60,564 nt of DNA from Candidatus Zipacnadia bacterium. Lineage in GTDB: Bacteria > Armatimonadota > Zipacnadia > Zipacnadales > JABUFB01. A program made the position numbers and the translations under genes. Below are positions 10,041-18,735 of this stretch, one piece after another. The notes beneath the pieces are model-generated. The model did not search any database. It worked only from the letters and a program-made list of their open reading frames with translations, and was not told where the DNA came from. Each line of letters opens with the position of its first letter. The first letter of the stretch is position 1. Location of the stretch: the NCBI GenBank assembly GCA_029821745.1, contig JALGSS010000005.1:1-60564 (forward strand). The letters are read 5' to 3'.

Positions 10041-10324
10041 CGCTCGGTCTCCTCCGTTTGCGCGGGGTCAGCGTTGACCGTCCCGCCAGCTGCTTTCGCT
10101 ACTCGCCCAGCCAGCCACCTGAGGACGCGAGGGGAGTACATGGCACCCGTAAGCCAAGAGCCCTGACCGTCGGCGACCAACTGCTGGTGGAAATCCGCGA
10201 CAGCGCTGGTCACATCGCCTTCTTGCAGGGTACTGCCATTCACTTGTGAACTGACGACCGTTGCCAGTGCGGTAACGGCCACAATCTCGCGAGCGTCCTC
10301 GATAGCCCGAGCCAGCAAAGTCAT
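10037..10324 (-). CDS. Small hypothetical protein (95 aa)
   Basis: Its ATG lies 1 nt after the stop of the 938-aa gene and is preceded by GGAGGAGAGA. Its stop overlaps the HerA-like ATG. This positional coupling is the main evidence; no motif recognised. Confidence 0.55.
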   Translation of the reverse strand: MTLLARAIEDAREIVAVTALATVVSSQVNGSTLQEGDVTSAVADFHQQLVADGQGSWLTGAMYSPRVLRWLAGRVAKAAGGTVNADPAQTEETER

Positions 10325-10325
10325 G

Positions 10326-13142
10326 TCATCTCTCCTCCACTTCAGCGTCTAAGCCAAGTTCACGCACAGTGGTGCCGAGGGGTCTCCCCCAACGCGCCAC
10401 AAACCAGCGGGTCACACGCGCCATCGCGGCTGGGTGAGCGACCAGATATCGCCAAGAGGTCCTTAGGAGGTCCATCTGCGGCAATAACCATCTCATGAGC
10501 ATCACATAGTTGGAGCCTTCTGGCCAGTAGATGCGGCGGTCACTCCGTCGCACGAAGGAGACCTTGTGGACCGCCTCGACGCGCACCGCAAAGCGAGCGG
10601 CTATCTCCGCCGCCAGCTCAGATAACGTCACCGCTCGCCCTTCGCTTTCCAGGATGGAGACCACCAAGTCCTCCTCTTCGATGCGCCATGCCAGCAGGTG
10701 CAGGGGCACTCTGTTTGTCCAGTTCCCTTGCCATTCACGCATGCCCCAAAGGCCTGAGCCCCACTGAGCGAAAAGATGAGTGTTACTCGACAGTGTGCTT
10801 GCCACGCTGGCCTTTCCTGCAGTTACGCCCTCGCCTGCCTGAATCTGTAGGACCATGTCCTCCACTGAGAGCACACATTCAGTCGCCTGTAGAGCACTGA
10901 CGAGTCGCTCCCTGAGATGAAGACGCACGTGCCCCCCTGTCGCCTTGGCCTCACTCTTCTGAGGCGCAGCTTCATGCGACACGTGGGGAGTGGACACCCC
11001 CGGCGCAGGTGCGTAGATAACGACCCTGTCTCCCGGTGCCGCCCCCTGCAAGTTCAGCCACTCAAACAATCCATCGCTCCGCAGCCGTTCGCCCTGAGAA
11101 TCCAACTCCACGTCAACTCGGTAGATCCCCTCAACCAGGATCTGTGCCATCCTCTTGTCGCTCCTCCCTTGCCCCAGACACGATCGGAAGATGCGCCTGG
11201 CGCCACGAGTGAATCGCAGTGACCGCGAGCGCAGCATTCTCATGTCGAGCGTCACTGCACTGCGCTTGGGTGGCACTTGCCCGAGGTTTTCTGGAGGCGC
11301 AGGTCTTTCAGGTTCTGGTAGAGCGGGGACTGGCGAGGGTGGCAGCACCGGCACACTGGCGCGCTGCTTAGGAGTGAAGGCGCGCACCACATCCTGAAGC
11401 TCAGTTTCCGTCAGTTCCTCAAGTGCCAGACCCAGTTGCTCAATCAACGATGCCAAAAGGTCACCGTCAGACTGAACGGCTTCAGACAATCGCAGTCGAC
11501 CCAGCCGCGAGTGTGTTGCCAGGTCCTCGGGCCGGCACCACCATTTGCCGCACTCGAGTTGCCAGGTCCGCGCTGAACGCGCTAAGTAGTCCGTCAGGAT
11601 CTCGTGAGCGATCCGCCGGACCGGGCCAGGACAGTCAGGGGACACCGCAGCGACACTTGCCATCAGCTTCCCCAGGTCCTGTGGCCCGTTCGCTTCCGCA
11701 AGGGCATCCCGGATGCTCTTAGCGGCAGGGCGCAGCAATCTGCGGAGAACCGGCCGAGCAGCGTGCCAGTAACCGTCTGAGACCCCCAAACCAAGTTCAG
11801 TGAGGTAGTCCACGATCCTCGCTGCTTCGACGGGGGGACGCGCTTGGGTCGGCCAAAGCCGCTGGATCAGGTCCTCGCCCGATACTCCGGTCACGGCCGT
11901 CGCGAGGCCATCGGCCAGCTTCTTGCCGGCCTCACCGGGGACAAGGATCAACTCACCATTCGCAAGCACGAGGACCCCTTCACCAATGAGCGATACCCTC
12001 AGGTCGTCTTCTGCCTGGCGAACAAGCCGGGAGATAAGCGCTTTGCCATCTTCGCCCTCAGCCCATTCAGGATCAGCCAGGCCAACCTGGGCCTCGATGT
12101 CATCGGGGGCAAGCGCATGCTCAAACACTTCTGCCTGCGGGGCCGCCGCCGGCGCAACTGAGTGCAGGTACCGTAGCGCTCGTTCCGTGCTCTTGAGTTT
12201 GGCCTTCGACAGCCACTGGGAGAACGGATCGCTGTCACTCAAGTGCTCATGGTATGTCTCGAGAAGTTGCCGACGGAGTTGGTTTCGGTGGGCAACCGAC
12301 AGGTCGCCAAACCACTCGAGGGCCTCGTTCAGCCACGGCGAGGCGGCCAGTTGGCCATTGCGAAGCCACGTTACCGCCTGTGTATTGAACAGCGCCGTTT
12401 CGAGTCGGAGCCTGTCCGACGCGGACAGCGCTGTACGGCTAAGCCTCCCCAGTTCCCACCAAAGCCGCTCAAAAGGCAGCACGCAGGCGACGTCGCCCAA
12501 GACGACGATGGCTGATTGCGATAGGTCACCTTCGGAGATGCCTTGGTCGCGTGATTGCCGCATCGTCAGGAGAGCAAAGCTGGGTTCGAATTGCAGCCGC
12601 GGCTCGAACCACTCCCGCAACATCCACTTGCCGCCACGCTCAACGAAGTGGGGAGACCGCTCGAGCGGAGCTGTCAGTGCTCGTTCACTCAGGGAGCCGC
12701 CGTGCCATCGGACGATCTCTTCGGTGAGCACGGAGATCCTCTGCGGAAGCCCGCGCCAGTAGAGACTTCGGTATGCCAAAGCCAGGACGGGAGACTTCCT
12801 GGCTTCGTCCATCCGGTCCCAGAGCAGGAGCGAGGTATCGCCACCACTCCCAGTCCGGAAGCGATAGTCGCAGCGTAGCACGTCCCCGAGGGCATCAGGA
12901 GCCGCGCACAGCCGCGTCGCCAACCGCTCAATTGGCAGCGGCTTGCCCTCGGCACTGAGCACCCCGCAGGCCCGGTCAGCCAGACGAAGGCAAGCTGCTA
13001 AGTACCGCGCCAGATATCCGCACTTCTTCTTGACGCCGAGCACGCACGTCACCCCGAGTCTGCCGGCTTTGGTGCGGCAAGTTGCCGACCTCAATAACCG
13101 TTGGTCTGCGGGCATGAGTGGACTGCTGCAATGGGCCACCAA
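10326..13142 (-). CDS. Large hypothetical protein with several HARE-HTH/winged-helix-like modules and a B3-like segment
   Basis: 938-aa ORF. The start is uncertain: TTG at 13142, ATG at 13115 or GTG at 12962. It has repeated winged-helix-like modules ending in aromatic-Gly patterns typical of HARE-HTH: PLPIERLATRL...YRFRTGSGGDTSLLLWDR; ISVLTEEIVRW...PHFVERGGKWMLREW; VLSVEDMVLQI...HLFAQWGSGLWGMREW; AVTLSELAAEIAARF. The middle segment RSLRFTRGARR...GERLRSDGLFEWLNLQGAAPGDRVVIY resembles the HerA N-terminal domain. No catalytic motif seen. Confidence 0.7.
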   Translation of the reverse strand: MVAHCSSPLMPADQRLLRSATCRTKAGRLGVTCVLGVKKKCGYLARYLAACLRLADRACGVLSAEGKPLPIERLATRLCAAPDALGDVLRCDYRFRTGSGGDTSLLLWDRMDEARKSPVLALAYRSLYWRGLPQRISVLTEEIVRWHGGSLSERALTAPLERSPHFVERGGKWMLREWFEPRLQFEPSFALLTMRQSRDQGISEGDLSQSAIVVLGDVACVLPFERLWWELGRLSRTALSASDRLRLETALFNTQAVTWLRNGQLAASPWLNEALEWFGDLSVAHRNQLRRQLLETYHEHLSDSDPFSQWLSKAKLKSTERALRYLHSVAPAAAPQAEVFEHALAPDDIEAQVGLADPEWAEGEDGKALISRLVRQAEDDLRVSLIGEGVLVLANGELILVPGEAGKKLADGLATAVTGVSGEDLIQRLWPTQARPPVEAARIVDYLTELGLGVSDGYWHAARPVLRRLLRPAAKSIRDALAEANGPQDLGKLMASVAAVSPDCPGPVRRIAHEILTDYLARSARTWQLECGKWWCRPEDLATHSRLGRLRLSEAVQSDGDLLASLIEQLGLALEELTETELQDVVRAFTPKQRASVPVLPPSPVPALPEPERPAPPENLGQVPPKRSAVTLDMRMLRSRSLRFTRGARRIFRSCLGQGRSDKRMAQILVEGIYRVDVELDSQGERLRSDGLFEWLNLQGAAPGDRVVIYAPAPGVSTPHVSHEAAPQKSEAKATGGHVRLHLRERLVSALQATECVLSVEDMVLQIQAGEGVTAGKASVASTLSSNTHLFAQWGSGLWGMREWQGNWTNRVPLHLLAWRIEEEDLVVSILESEGRAVTLSELAAEIAARFAVRVEAVHKVSFVRRSDRRIYWPEGSNYVMLMRWLLPQMDLLRTSWRYLVAHPAAMARVTRWFVARWGRPLGTTVRELGLDAEVEER

Positions 13143-13202
13143 GGGTACTAATGCTCATTCCAAGCGATCTGTTACCGCACGATCCTCCGGCAACGGAGAT
13201 GG

Positions 13203-14228
13203 TCAATCTTCCTCCGCCACATCCAGTTCGATGATGTCGTGGGTCAGGCGGGTTACGTGGATGCCGTTCTCGATCAGCAGCGCCGCGAACTGCTCGCCGT
13301 CCATCAGCGCCACCGGCACCGCGTCCGGGCGCTCAGCCTCAGCCTGTGCGCGCTTGCTGAAGTCGCTCGTGGTGATGATGAGGCCTTGTTCGTGGGTGCC
13401 CAGACTCCCCCGCACCTGCTGCACGATCTGCGCCTGCACGTTGGCCTTCCAGCGCTTCACCTGCACCGCCATCCGGGTGCGCACCACCTCGCCGGTTACC
13501 AGAGTCCCGCGGACGTCGATGCCCCCGTCTTTGGCGCGCGCGGTCACCTCGATGTCCTCGAAACCCACCTCCGCGAGTAGCTGGCCCACCAGTTCCTCGA
13601 ACTCCGTGGGGTCCATCTTGTGCAGTCGCTTGCGCAGGTCCTTGTGCACCTGGCGGTTGTGCTGCTCGATCTGGAAGGCCAAGCCCTCCCCCATCCACTT
13701 CGTCAGCCCGAACAGGCCGCGTCCATGCTTGACGAAGCGTGGCTGCTCACCCCGGCCTTTGTAGCGCTTGATCTCTGAGATGATCTGGCTGTACATGGTC
13801 ATCTCGGGGGTCTTGCCTTCGGTCACCAACCAGCCCATTTCGATGGCCTTCTCGGTGATGTCGCGGTAATACATCGGGCGCTTGTCGCCACACGCGTCGA
13901 GCACTTTGATGGCCGACTCGGTGAATGAGTAGGTGTCGGCGGCGACGGTGGGAGCAGGCACGGGAGCGGGCGCCGGTGCGCCCTCCCGCAGAGCAAAGAC
14001 CCCGCGCTTCACGCGCACGAAGGTAGATTGATCGCCGTGCCGACGAATGTCCTCGCCCAGCACACCGCGAAGCGTGGCCTCGGGTGTGGCACCCCCGGTT
14101 GGCCACAGCTTCTGGTCGAGGATGCGGCGGGTGATCTCTTTGACGGGGAGCGGTCCTCCCGCGTCCTGCAGGACCTTGATTGCGGCTTCTCGTGCGCTCA
14201 TGGCTGTTCTTCCTTCCATACAGCTCAC
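13203..14228 (-). CDS. Mrr-family restriction endonuclease with two N-terminal HARE-HTH domains
   Basis: 341-aa ORF. There are two wHTH modules: EAAIKVLQDAGGPLPVKEITRRIL...FVRVKRGVFALRE, and ESAIKVLDACGDKRPMYYRDITEKAI...FVKHGRGLFGLTKW. The C-terminal Mrr_cat-like core is FEELVGQLLAEVGFEDIEVTARAKDGGIDVRG...MAVQVKRW...GLIITTSDFS. The likely start is the ATG at 14201, preceded by GGAAGGAAG. The ORF-track start at 14228 overlaps the upstream stop (ATGA). Confidence 0.85.
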   Translation of the reverse strand: MSCMEGRTAMSAREAAIKVLQDAGGPLPVKEITRRILDQKLWPTGGATPEATLRGVLGEDIRRHGDQSTFVRVKRGVFALREGAPAPAPVPAPTVAADTYSFTESAIKVLDACGDKRPMYYRDITEKAIEMGWLVTEGKTPEMTMYSQIISEIKRYKGRGEQPRFVKHGRGLFGLTKWMGEGLAFQIEQHNRQVHKDLRKRLHKMDPTEFEELVGQLLAEVGFEDIEVTARAKDGGIDVRGTLVTGEVVRTRMAVQVKRWKANVQAQIVQQVRGSLGTHEQGLIITTSDFSKRAQAEAERPDAVPVALMDGEQFAALLIENGIHVTRLTHDIIELDVAEED

Positions 14229-15424
14229 CGACGCAGGACCGCAGCGGTAGTCGAAGCCTGTCCCCGCGATAAGCTCTCGGCAAACTGCTTGATGCCCCTG
14301 TATTCGACGATGGCCTCTTCGGCAGGAGCCTTCTTTGTGTCCGCCAGCTTGTTGACGATGCGTTCACGCACGCATCCGGACCGATCAACGAGTACGAGTT
14401 CCTCGAGTCGCTCGCTCGAGTTGACGTTGGCGTCTACCTCGACAAGGTAGTTGGTCAGTTGATCGGCCGGTGGGAGCGAGTACCCGATGATTACCAGGCG
14501 CTTGCACTTGCGGAGTGCCATACGTGCTATCGCCCACAGGTTCTCAAGCAGCTGACACCGCGCTATTGGCTTGGTCCAGAGCGGCGGAACGATGAACCGG
14601 CGAGCCATATCCCCGAGGTCATACTCCGGCCCGTCGCCAGGCTGGAGCAGTTCCACAGAAGTGATTCGTTCGTAGTTGAGGTCACCGTCATTGCCCAATT
14701 GACGGCGTTCGTCCAAGTGACAGGGGTGTGCGTCTGGCGGCTCAGACCATAAGCTTTCAGGAGGGACGCCCATGTTGCCCACACGCCAACTCAGGCAACC
14801 GTGCAGATGGAGCAGGAACGCCTTGCCTCCCCGACGTGCTTCGCACAGCGCATTGCGGACACTGCGTAGCCGGATATCCCTGAGCCCGAGATCGACCTCG
14901 CAGCCCTTGCCAGCGTTGGACGAGGCGTCCTCCATCGCCGTGTCCATGACTGTGTCGTAGTTAAAGGTGATGACGGTGTCCCCCGGCTCAAGCGTGTCGG
15001 CGATCGCTCGGTGGTACGCGCAGTTCCTGCTCGCTGTCGTCTCGGCGATGAGCGCCGCAATGGCCTTGCGGTATGCCACCACTGGCTCAGCGAAGTTCCC
15101 CCTGCGCCCCGGCTTGTCGTCTGCGCCGGAGGTCGCCATGTGCACACGGAGAGCCTTGGTGAACTCCGCCCGAATGAAGTACTCCTCCATCTTAGCGTCA
15201 CCGTAGCTGGGGAGTCCCGCGCCGGCCACAGCATCATCGAGCTGTTCCTTCGCCTGCGCGACGAGGCTGCCGGGGGTTGCAGCGTTGCCGAGCTGCTTGA
15301 AGAAGTCTGCGTCCAGAGGGGGTTGAGGCGCCGGGTCAGGCCGCACGAAGCTGGCCCCCCGCGTTGCCCCAGCCCCCAGTATCACCAGTGTCGGAAGACT
15401 ACGACCTTGGCAGATCATATGCAC
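14225..15424 (-). CDS. SIR2-like (SIR2_2-type) protein, paralogue B
   Basis: About 397 aa. It has the N-terminal Rossmann loop LVILGAGATRGAS, then VITFNYDTVMD, then FLLHLHGC (the GAG / xNYD / HG triad of defence-type SIR2 domains). The best start is the ATG at 15418, 6 nt after GGAGGTG. Confidence 0.8.
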   Translation of the reverse strand: MHMICQGRSLPTLVILGAGATRGASFVRPDPAPQPPLDADFFKQLGNAATPGSLVAQAKEQLDDAVAGAGLPSYGDAKMEEYFIRAEFTKALRVHMATSGADDKPGRRGNFAEPVVAYRKAIAALIAETTASRNCAYHRAIADTLEPGDTVITFNYDTVMDTAMEDASSNAGKGCEVDLGLRDIRLRSVRNALCEARRGGKAFLLHLHGCLSWRVGNMGVPPESLWSEPPDAHPCHLDERRQLGNDGDLNYERITSVELLQPGDGPEYDLGDMARRFIVPPLWTKPIARCQLLENLWAIARMALRKCKRLVIIGYSLPPADQLTNYLVEVDANVNSSERLEELVLVDRSGCVRERIVNKLADTKKAPAEEAIVEYRGIKQFAESLSRGQASTTAAVLRR

Positions 15425-15472
15425 CTCCGCTGAAGTTGACGTCCATCCGCTCTACGCCCTGCTCAGGCCGTC

Positions 15473-16597
15473 TCAGTAGATGGCCTCTTCCGGTTTGTAC
15501 GTGCTTTCCTGCTCGATCAATGGCGCGACTTCGGCCGCCAACTGGTCCCAGTCAGCGTTCGGCGTGAATGGATGGAATGGCTGCGGGTTCTGCATCATGG
15601 TAGCTGACCAGAGGCCCTCGCATGACCGCCGTGGATGATCCATCAAGCGCGTTTCATCCAAGCAGCGTGAGACGCTGTAGTGGGTCCGACAGATGAAGTC
15701 ATCCCAGGTGTCGAGCAGTTCATCTTCCGATCTGATGTCGATGATCTCCACCGACTCGATGCCTCGAGAATCACTGTCTCCCCAAGCCTCTTTCATGAGC
15801 CTGACGGCTTCGGTATCCGTAGCGGGAGCGCCGTAGCCGAAGACCGTGAGGATGTAGGCCCGGCTCAGGGCCTCCCTGACAGCCTGCCATGAGAGACTGA
15901 TCGACGGGTCCTTGGTATAGTCCTTGTTGGTCACCGGGAAGAGCAGGCGGCTCGGCTGAAGCTGCCTGCCGCATTTCTGGCACTGGGTCCCGATTGAGCC
16001 TTGTGTCGCCGGGCTGCACGCCATGCAGTACCCGATGCCCGCGTTGCCGTGCAGGAACAACACCTGAGGCACGACGTCAGCGCCGAACCTCGATGCTACT
16101 CGGCAGGCTGCCTGCCACAGCAGCGGGTCCCAGTTAAAGCTGGTGATGACGTCCTTGTCTCGGAGACACAGGATCAAGTAGTCATAGAGGGTGGGCTCAT
16201 CCGGAAGCGCCAATGACCCGAAGTAACCCGATACCTTACCCTCCAGAAGCTCCAGAAGCTGAGAGTCTTCCCCAGTCTCTGCCAAGTGTGAGTAGAGGGC
16301 CTCGAAGTCCCCGGCTTGGTCTGCGTATCCGCGACTATCCAAGAGGGAGCGCAGGTCCAGGGCGTCCACAACGTCCGCCATCAGCGGCAGGTTGCGCCCG
16401 TTCCTGTCAGCATCGGTCAGCGTCGCCCGGCTGGCGCCGGCCCCCACGATGACAAGGTGAGGGCCGCCGAAATCCGGCTCCATGAGTTCAGGTTCAGGTG
16501 CGGACGCGCCAGACAACCCGCTCACTCCTCCGCGCCGCCCATGCGGTACTTGATGTCGTAGTTGATGATGAAGTCCAGCTCCTGAAGCGTCAGGCAA
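15473..16597 (-). CDS. SIR2-like protein, paralogue A, with CxxC...CxxC zinc-ribbon insert
   Basis: The motifs are LVIVGAGASRATL, VITSFNWDPLL, VLFLHGN, then GYCMACSPATQGSIGTQCQKCG. The real start is probably the ATG at 16483 (MEPDFGG) or a TTG about 30 nt upstream. The first ~38 codons of the tracked ORF look non-coding. Confidence 0.8.
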   Translation of the reverse strand: MPDASGAGLHHQLRHQVPHGRRGGVSGLSGASAPEPELMEPDFGGPHLVIVGAGASRATLTDADRNGRNLPLMADVVDALDLRSLLDSRGYADQAGDFEALYSHLAETGEDSQLLELLEGKVSGYFGSLALPDEPTLYDYLILCLRDKDVITSFNWDPLLWQAACRVASRFGADVVPQVLFLHGNAGIGYCMACSPATQGSIGTQCQKCGRQLQPSRLLFPVTNKDYTKDPSISLSWQAVREALSRAYILTVFGYGAPATDTEAVRLMKEAWGDSDSRGIESVEIIDIRSEDELLDTWDDFICRTHYSVSRCLDETRLMDHPRRSCEGLWSATMMQNPQPFHPFTPNADWDQLAAEVAPLIEQESTYKPEEAIY

Positions 16598-16649
16598 GCC
16601 CGCGCCAATGATTGCGCGCTACCGGGCCCTTGCGAGGACGCACCACGGT

Positions 16650-17591
16650 TCATGTCGGTGTTAGGCGTGCGGCAGCTTCGGGACCCAGGCTGCGAAGCAC
16701 CGCCAGCCAAGTGTCCGCTGTGATTCTTGCTGCGTTCACCACACACGCCGCCAGCAGCACCACGCGTGCCGAGGCGTCTGACTGCTCCGAGTACGCCTCC
16801 GGGAGCTTCACAAAGGACTCGCCATAGGTTCGTCTGGCGACGTCCTCGAAGTGGACATGCGTGAGTTCCGCTGGCCGTGACCTGTAAGGGAGGACAGTAT
16901 CGACGGTCTTGGCGGCCCGATCAAGGTCCGCCTCGACGCGGGAATGGAAACCTTTCATGCTGCTGAACCGGGTCCCGGAGAGGTCCAGGTGCCGGCCGAC
17001 GTGGACCGGTGTGCAGAGGTCGGCGATATGGTGGGCAACCATCCCGAGGTACGCGCCAGCATTGAGCAGGAACTCCTCTTCGTCGTAGACACCCTCCAGT
17101 TCGCCGCTCGCGTATAGCTCCACGAAGTTCGATGTCCCAGTGGCATAGCGAACGATCTGCAACGGACAGCCTCGGTCCCGCGGGTTCTCGCTGTCCACGT
17201 AACAGCGATGCATCAGCACTCGGTTGACAACACCCTCCTGCTCATCAGGCTCCCAAAGGATGTGTAGCTCGTCTGGCAGCGTGGCCCCGGTGTCGATTCC
17301 TTCCCAAAGCCGTCCCATGGTGGTCCCGTGTTCGGCGGGCATGGCATCGGCGGCGAGAGCCGCAACCCGGAGATGCGCAAGTCTGTTCACTATCGTCTCC
17401 TCCTCGGCTCTCGGACCAGGGCTCTCTCGCCAGCATTCGTCTCCCAGAGAAGCGCTGGCACCCCAAAGGGAACTGGTCAGGCCGTCTGGGATCGGTTGGC
17501 TGTCCTGCGACACCGGACGCCAAGGCGCTGAAACAGGCGGCACAAGTACGTCATACAGCCCCAAACTTGCGACGGCCTCCGATGACTGCAT
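16650..17591 (-). CDS. Hypothetical protein, zinc-dependent phospholipase C / S1-P1-nuclease-like (tentative)
   Basis: 313-aa ORF, first gene of the cluster. The segment AYLGMVAHHIADLCTPVHVGRH...GFHSRVEADLD resembles the His/Asp metal-ligand pattern of the Zn-dependent PLC fold. The N-terminal ~85 aa are low complexity, so the start is uncertain. Confidence 0.5.
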   Translation of the reverse strand: MQSSEAVASLGLYDVLVPPVSAPWRPVSQDSQPIPDGLTSSLWGASASLGDECWRESPGPRAEEETIVNRLAHLRVAALAADAMPAEHGTTMGRLWEGIDTGATLPDELHILWEPDEQEGVVNRVLMHRCYVDSENPRDRGCPLQIVRYATGTSNFVELYASGELEGVYDEEEFLLNAGAYLGMVAHHIADLCTPVHVGRHLDLSGTRFSSMKGFHSRVEADLDRAAKTVDTVLPYRSRPAELTHVHFEDVARRTYGESFVKLPEAYSEQSDASARVVLLAACVVNAARITADTWLAVLRSLGPEAAARLTPT

Positions 17592-17931
17592 GCCACTGAG
17601 ATCCGATTATCCGTGCTCATTGGAGATGTCTCTCAGGTCCGTCGCAAGTGATTCAGCCGCCATAGCATATCGTCATTGAAGCATTACGCGATAGTAAGAA
17701 GTGCACGGTTAGGTGACATAGTGACTTCTCCGTACATCGGAATACTCCTCCCGCTCCCCAGCCAGCAGGCTAAGCAACGGCCAAATCGGACGGCGAGAGC
17801 TGCACTGGGCGCTGGGTGTCTGGTAGCCGGAGGGTCATCCGCCCCTGCTCTCAACAGAGGTAACGGCCCGACGCGGGTGGAATGAGATGTGCGCAGTCGT
17901 GGTATCGTGAATGCCGCCCAACAGGAGCGCC
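17592..17931. promoter_or_regulatory. Divergent intergenic region between the nine-gene cluster and the BREX operon
   Basis: This is a 340-bp gap between oppositely oriented operons, with a locally AT-richer stretch around 17640-17720. AGGAG lies 5 nt upstream of the brxA ATG at 17932. No specific -35/-10 pair called with confidence. Confidence 0.3.
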
Positions 17932-18735
17932 ATGTCAGCCAACCCACCAGACGCACAACTTGGACCATCGCTCCCGGAGCGCTTCGGATTCCGGTGCGGC
18001 GACCGCGGCACCCAAACAAGTCGCACTATCATGCTTTCGGAACTCAGCAGTCTCTTGGCGGTGACCCCCAGTTCGGCGAGCAACGCCGATTACAGAACGG
18101 CGATCGTTCTGGAGAATGTGCTTGGCAAGCGCACGGAAGCCACGCGGAAGCTGACAGCCCAGCGCATGACTGAGCTGTACGCGCTCGACCCACGGGTTCC
18201 GCTCTTTCGCGTCCTGCGCCAGCTGTGGGATGCGGACGAACAGGGCCGTCCCCTGCTCGCGTGCCTGTGCGCAAACGCGCGAGATCCCATTCTGCGCATG
18301 ACAGCGACGCCGGTCCTTGATGCTTCGGAGGGTGAGCCCGTCAGCAAACACGCACTCGCGGATGTTGTGGCCGAGACGGTTGGTGACCGATTCAACCCAA
18401 GCACGCTCGACAAGATCGCCCGCAATGCCGCTTCTTCATGGACACAGTCGGGTCACCTCAAAGGCAGGTCGAATAAGGCCAGAGTCCGCGCCATCGCCAC
18501 GCCTGCCGCAACAGCATACGCGTTGGCCCTGGGCCGCCTGGACAGCGCTCAGGGCGAGGCCCTGTTCCACACGTACTGGGTCCGCCTGCTTGATGCGCCA
18601 GCTACACTGGTTGACACGCTTGCATTTGAGGCGTCACGTCGAGGCTGGGTAAGCTACCGGCGCGTCGGCGGCGTGGTTGACATCGGTTTCGCAGGTCTTC
18701 TCACAGAGGATGAGATGGAGGACGCTCGTGGCTAA
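17932..18735 (+). CDS. brxA: BREX protein BrxA (DUF1819-like)
   Basis: This is the first gene of the canonical order brxA-B-C-pglX-pglZ-brxL and has the expected size class. The internal pattern AIVLENVLGKRTEATRKLTAQRMTELY fits the DUF1819 core as I recall it. The ATG at 17932 has an AGGAG SD; the ORF track starts at 17911. Confidence 0.75.
   Translation: MSANPPDAQLGPSLPERFGFRCGDRGTQTSRTIMLSELSSLLAVTPSSASNADYRTAIVLENVLGKRTEATRKLTAQRMTELYALDPRVPLFRVLRQLWDADEQGRPLLACLCANARDPILRMTATPVLDASEGEPVSKHALADVVAETVGDRFNPSTLDKIARNAASSWTQSGHLKGRSNKARVRAIATPAATAYALALGRLDSAQGEALFHTYWVRLLDAPATLVDTLAFEASRRGWVSYRRVGGVVDIGFAGLLTEDEMEDARG

Noticed and set aside
6119-13764. Plus-strand ORFs such as 6119..7237, 7447..8175, 8871..9734, 11923..12762 and 12943..13764
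   Set aside because: They are shadow ORFs opposite well-supported minus-strand genes. They have low-complexity composition, no motifs and no ribosome-binding context.
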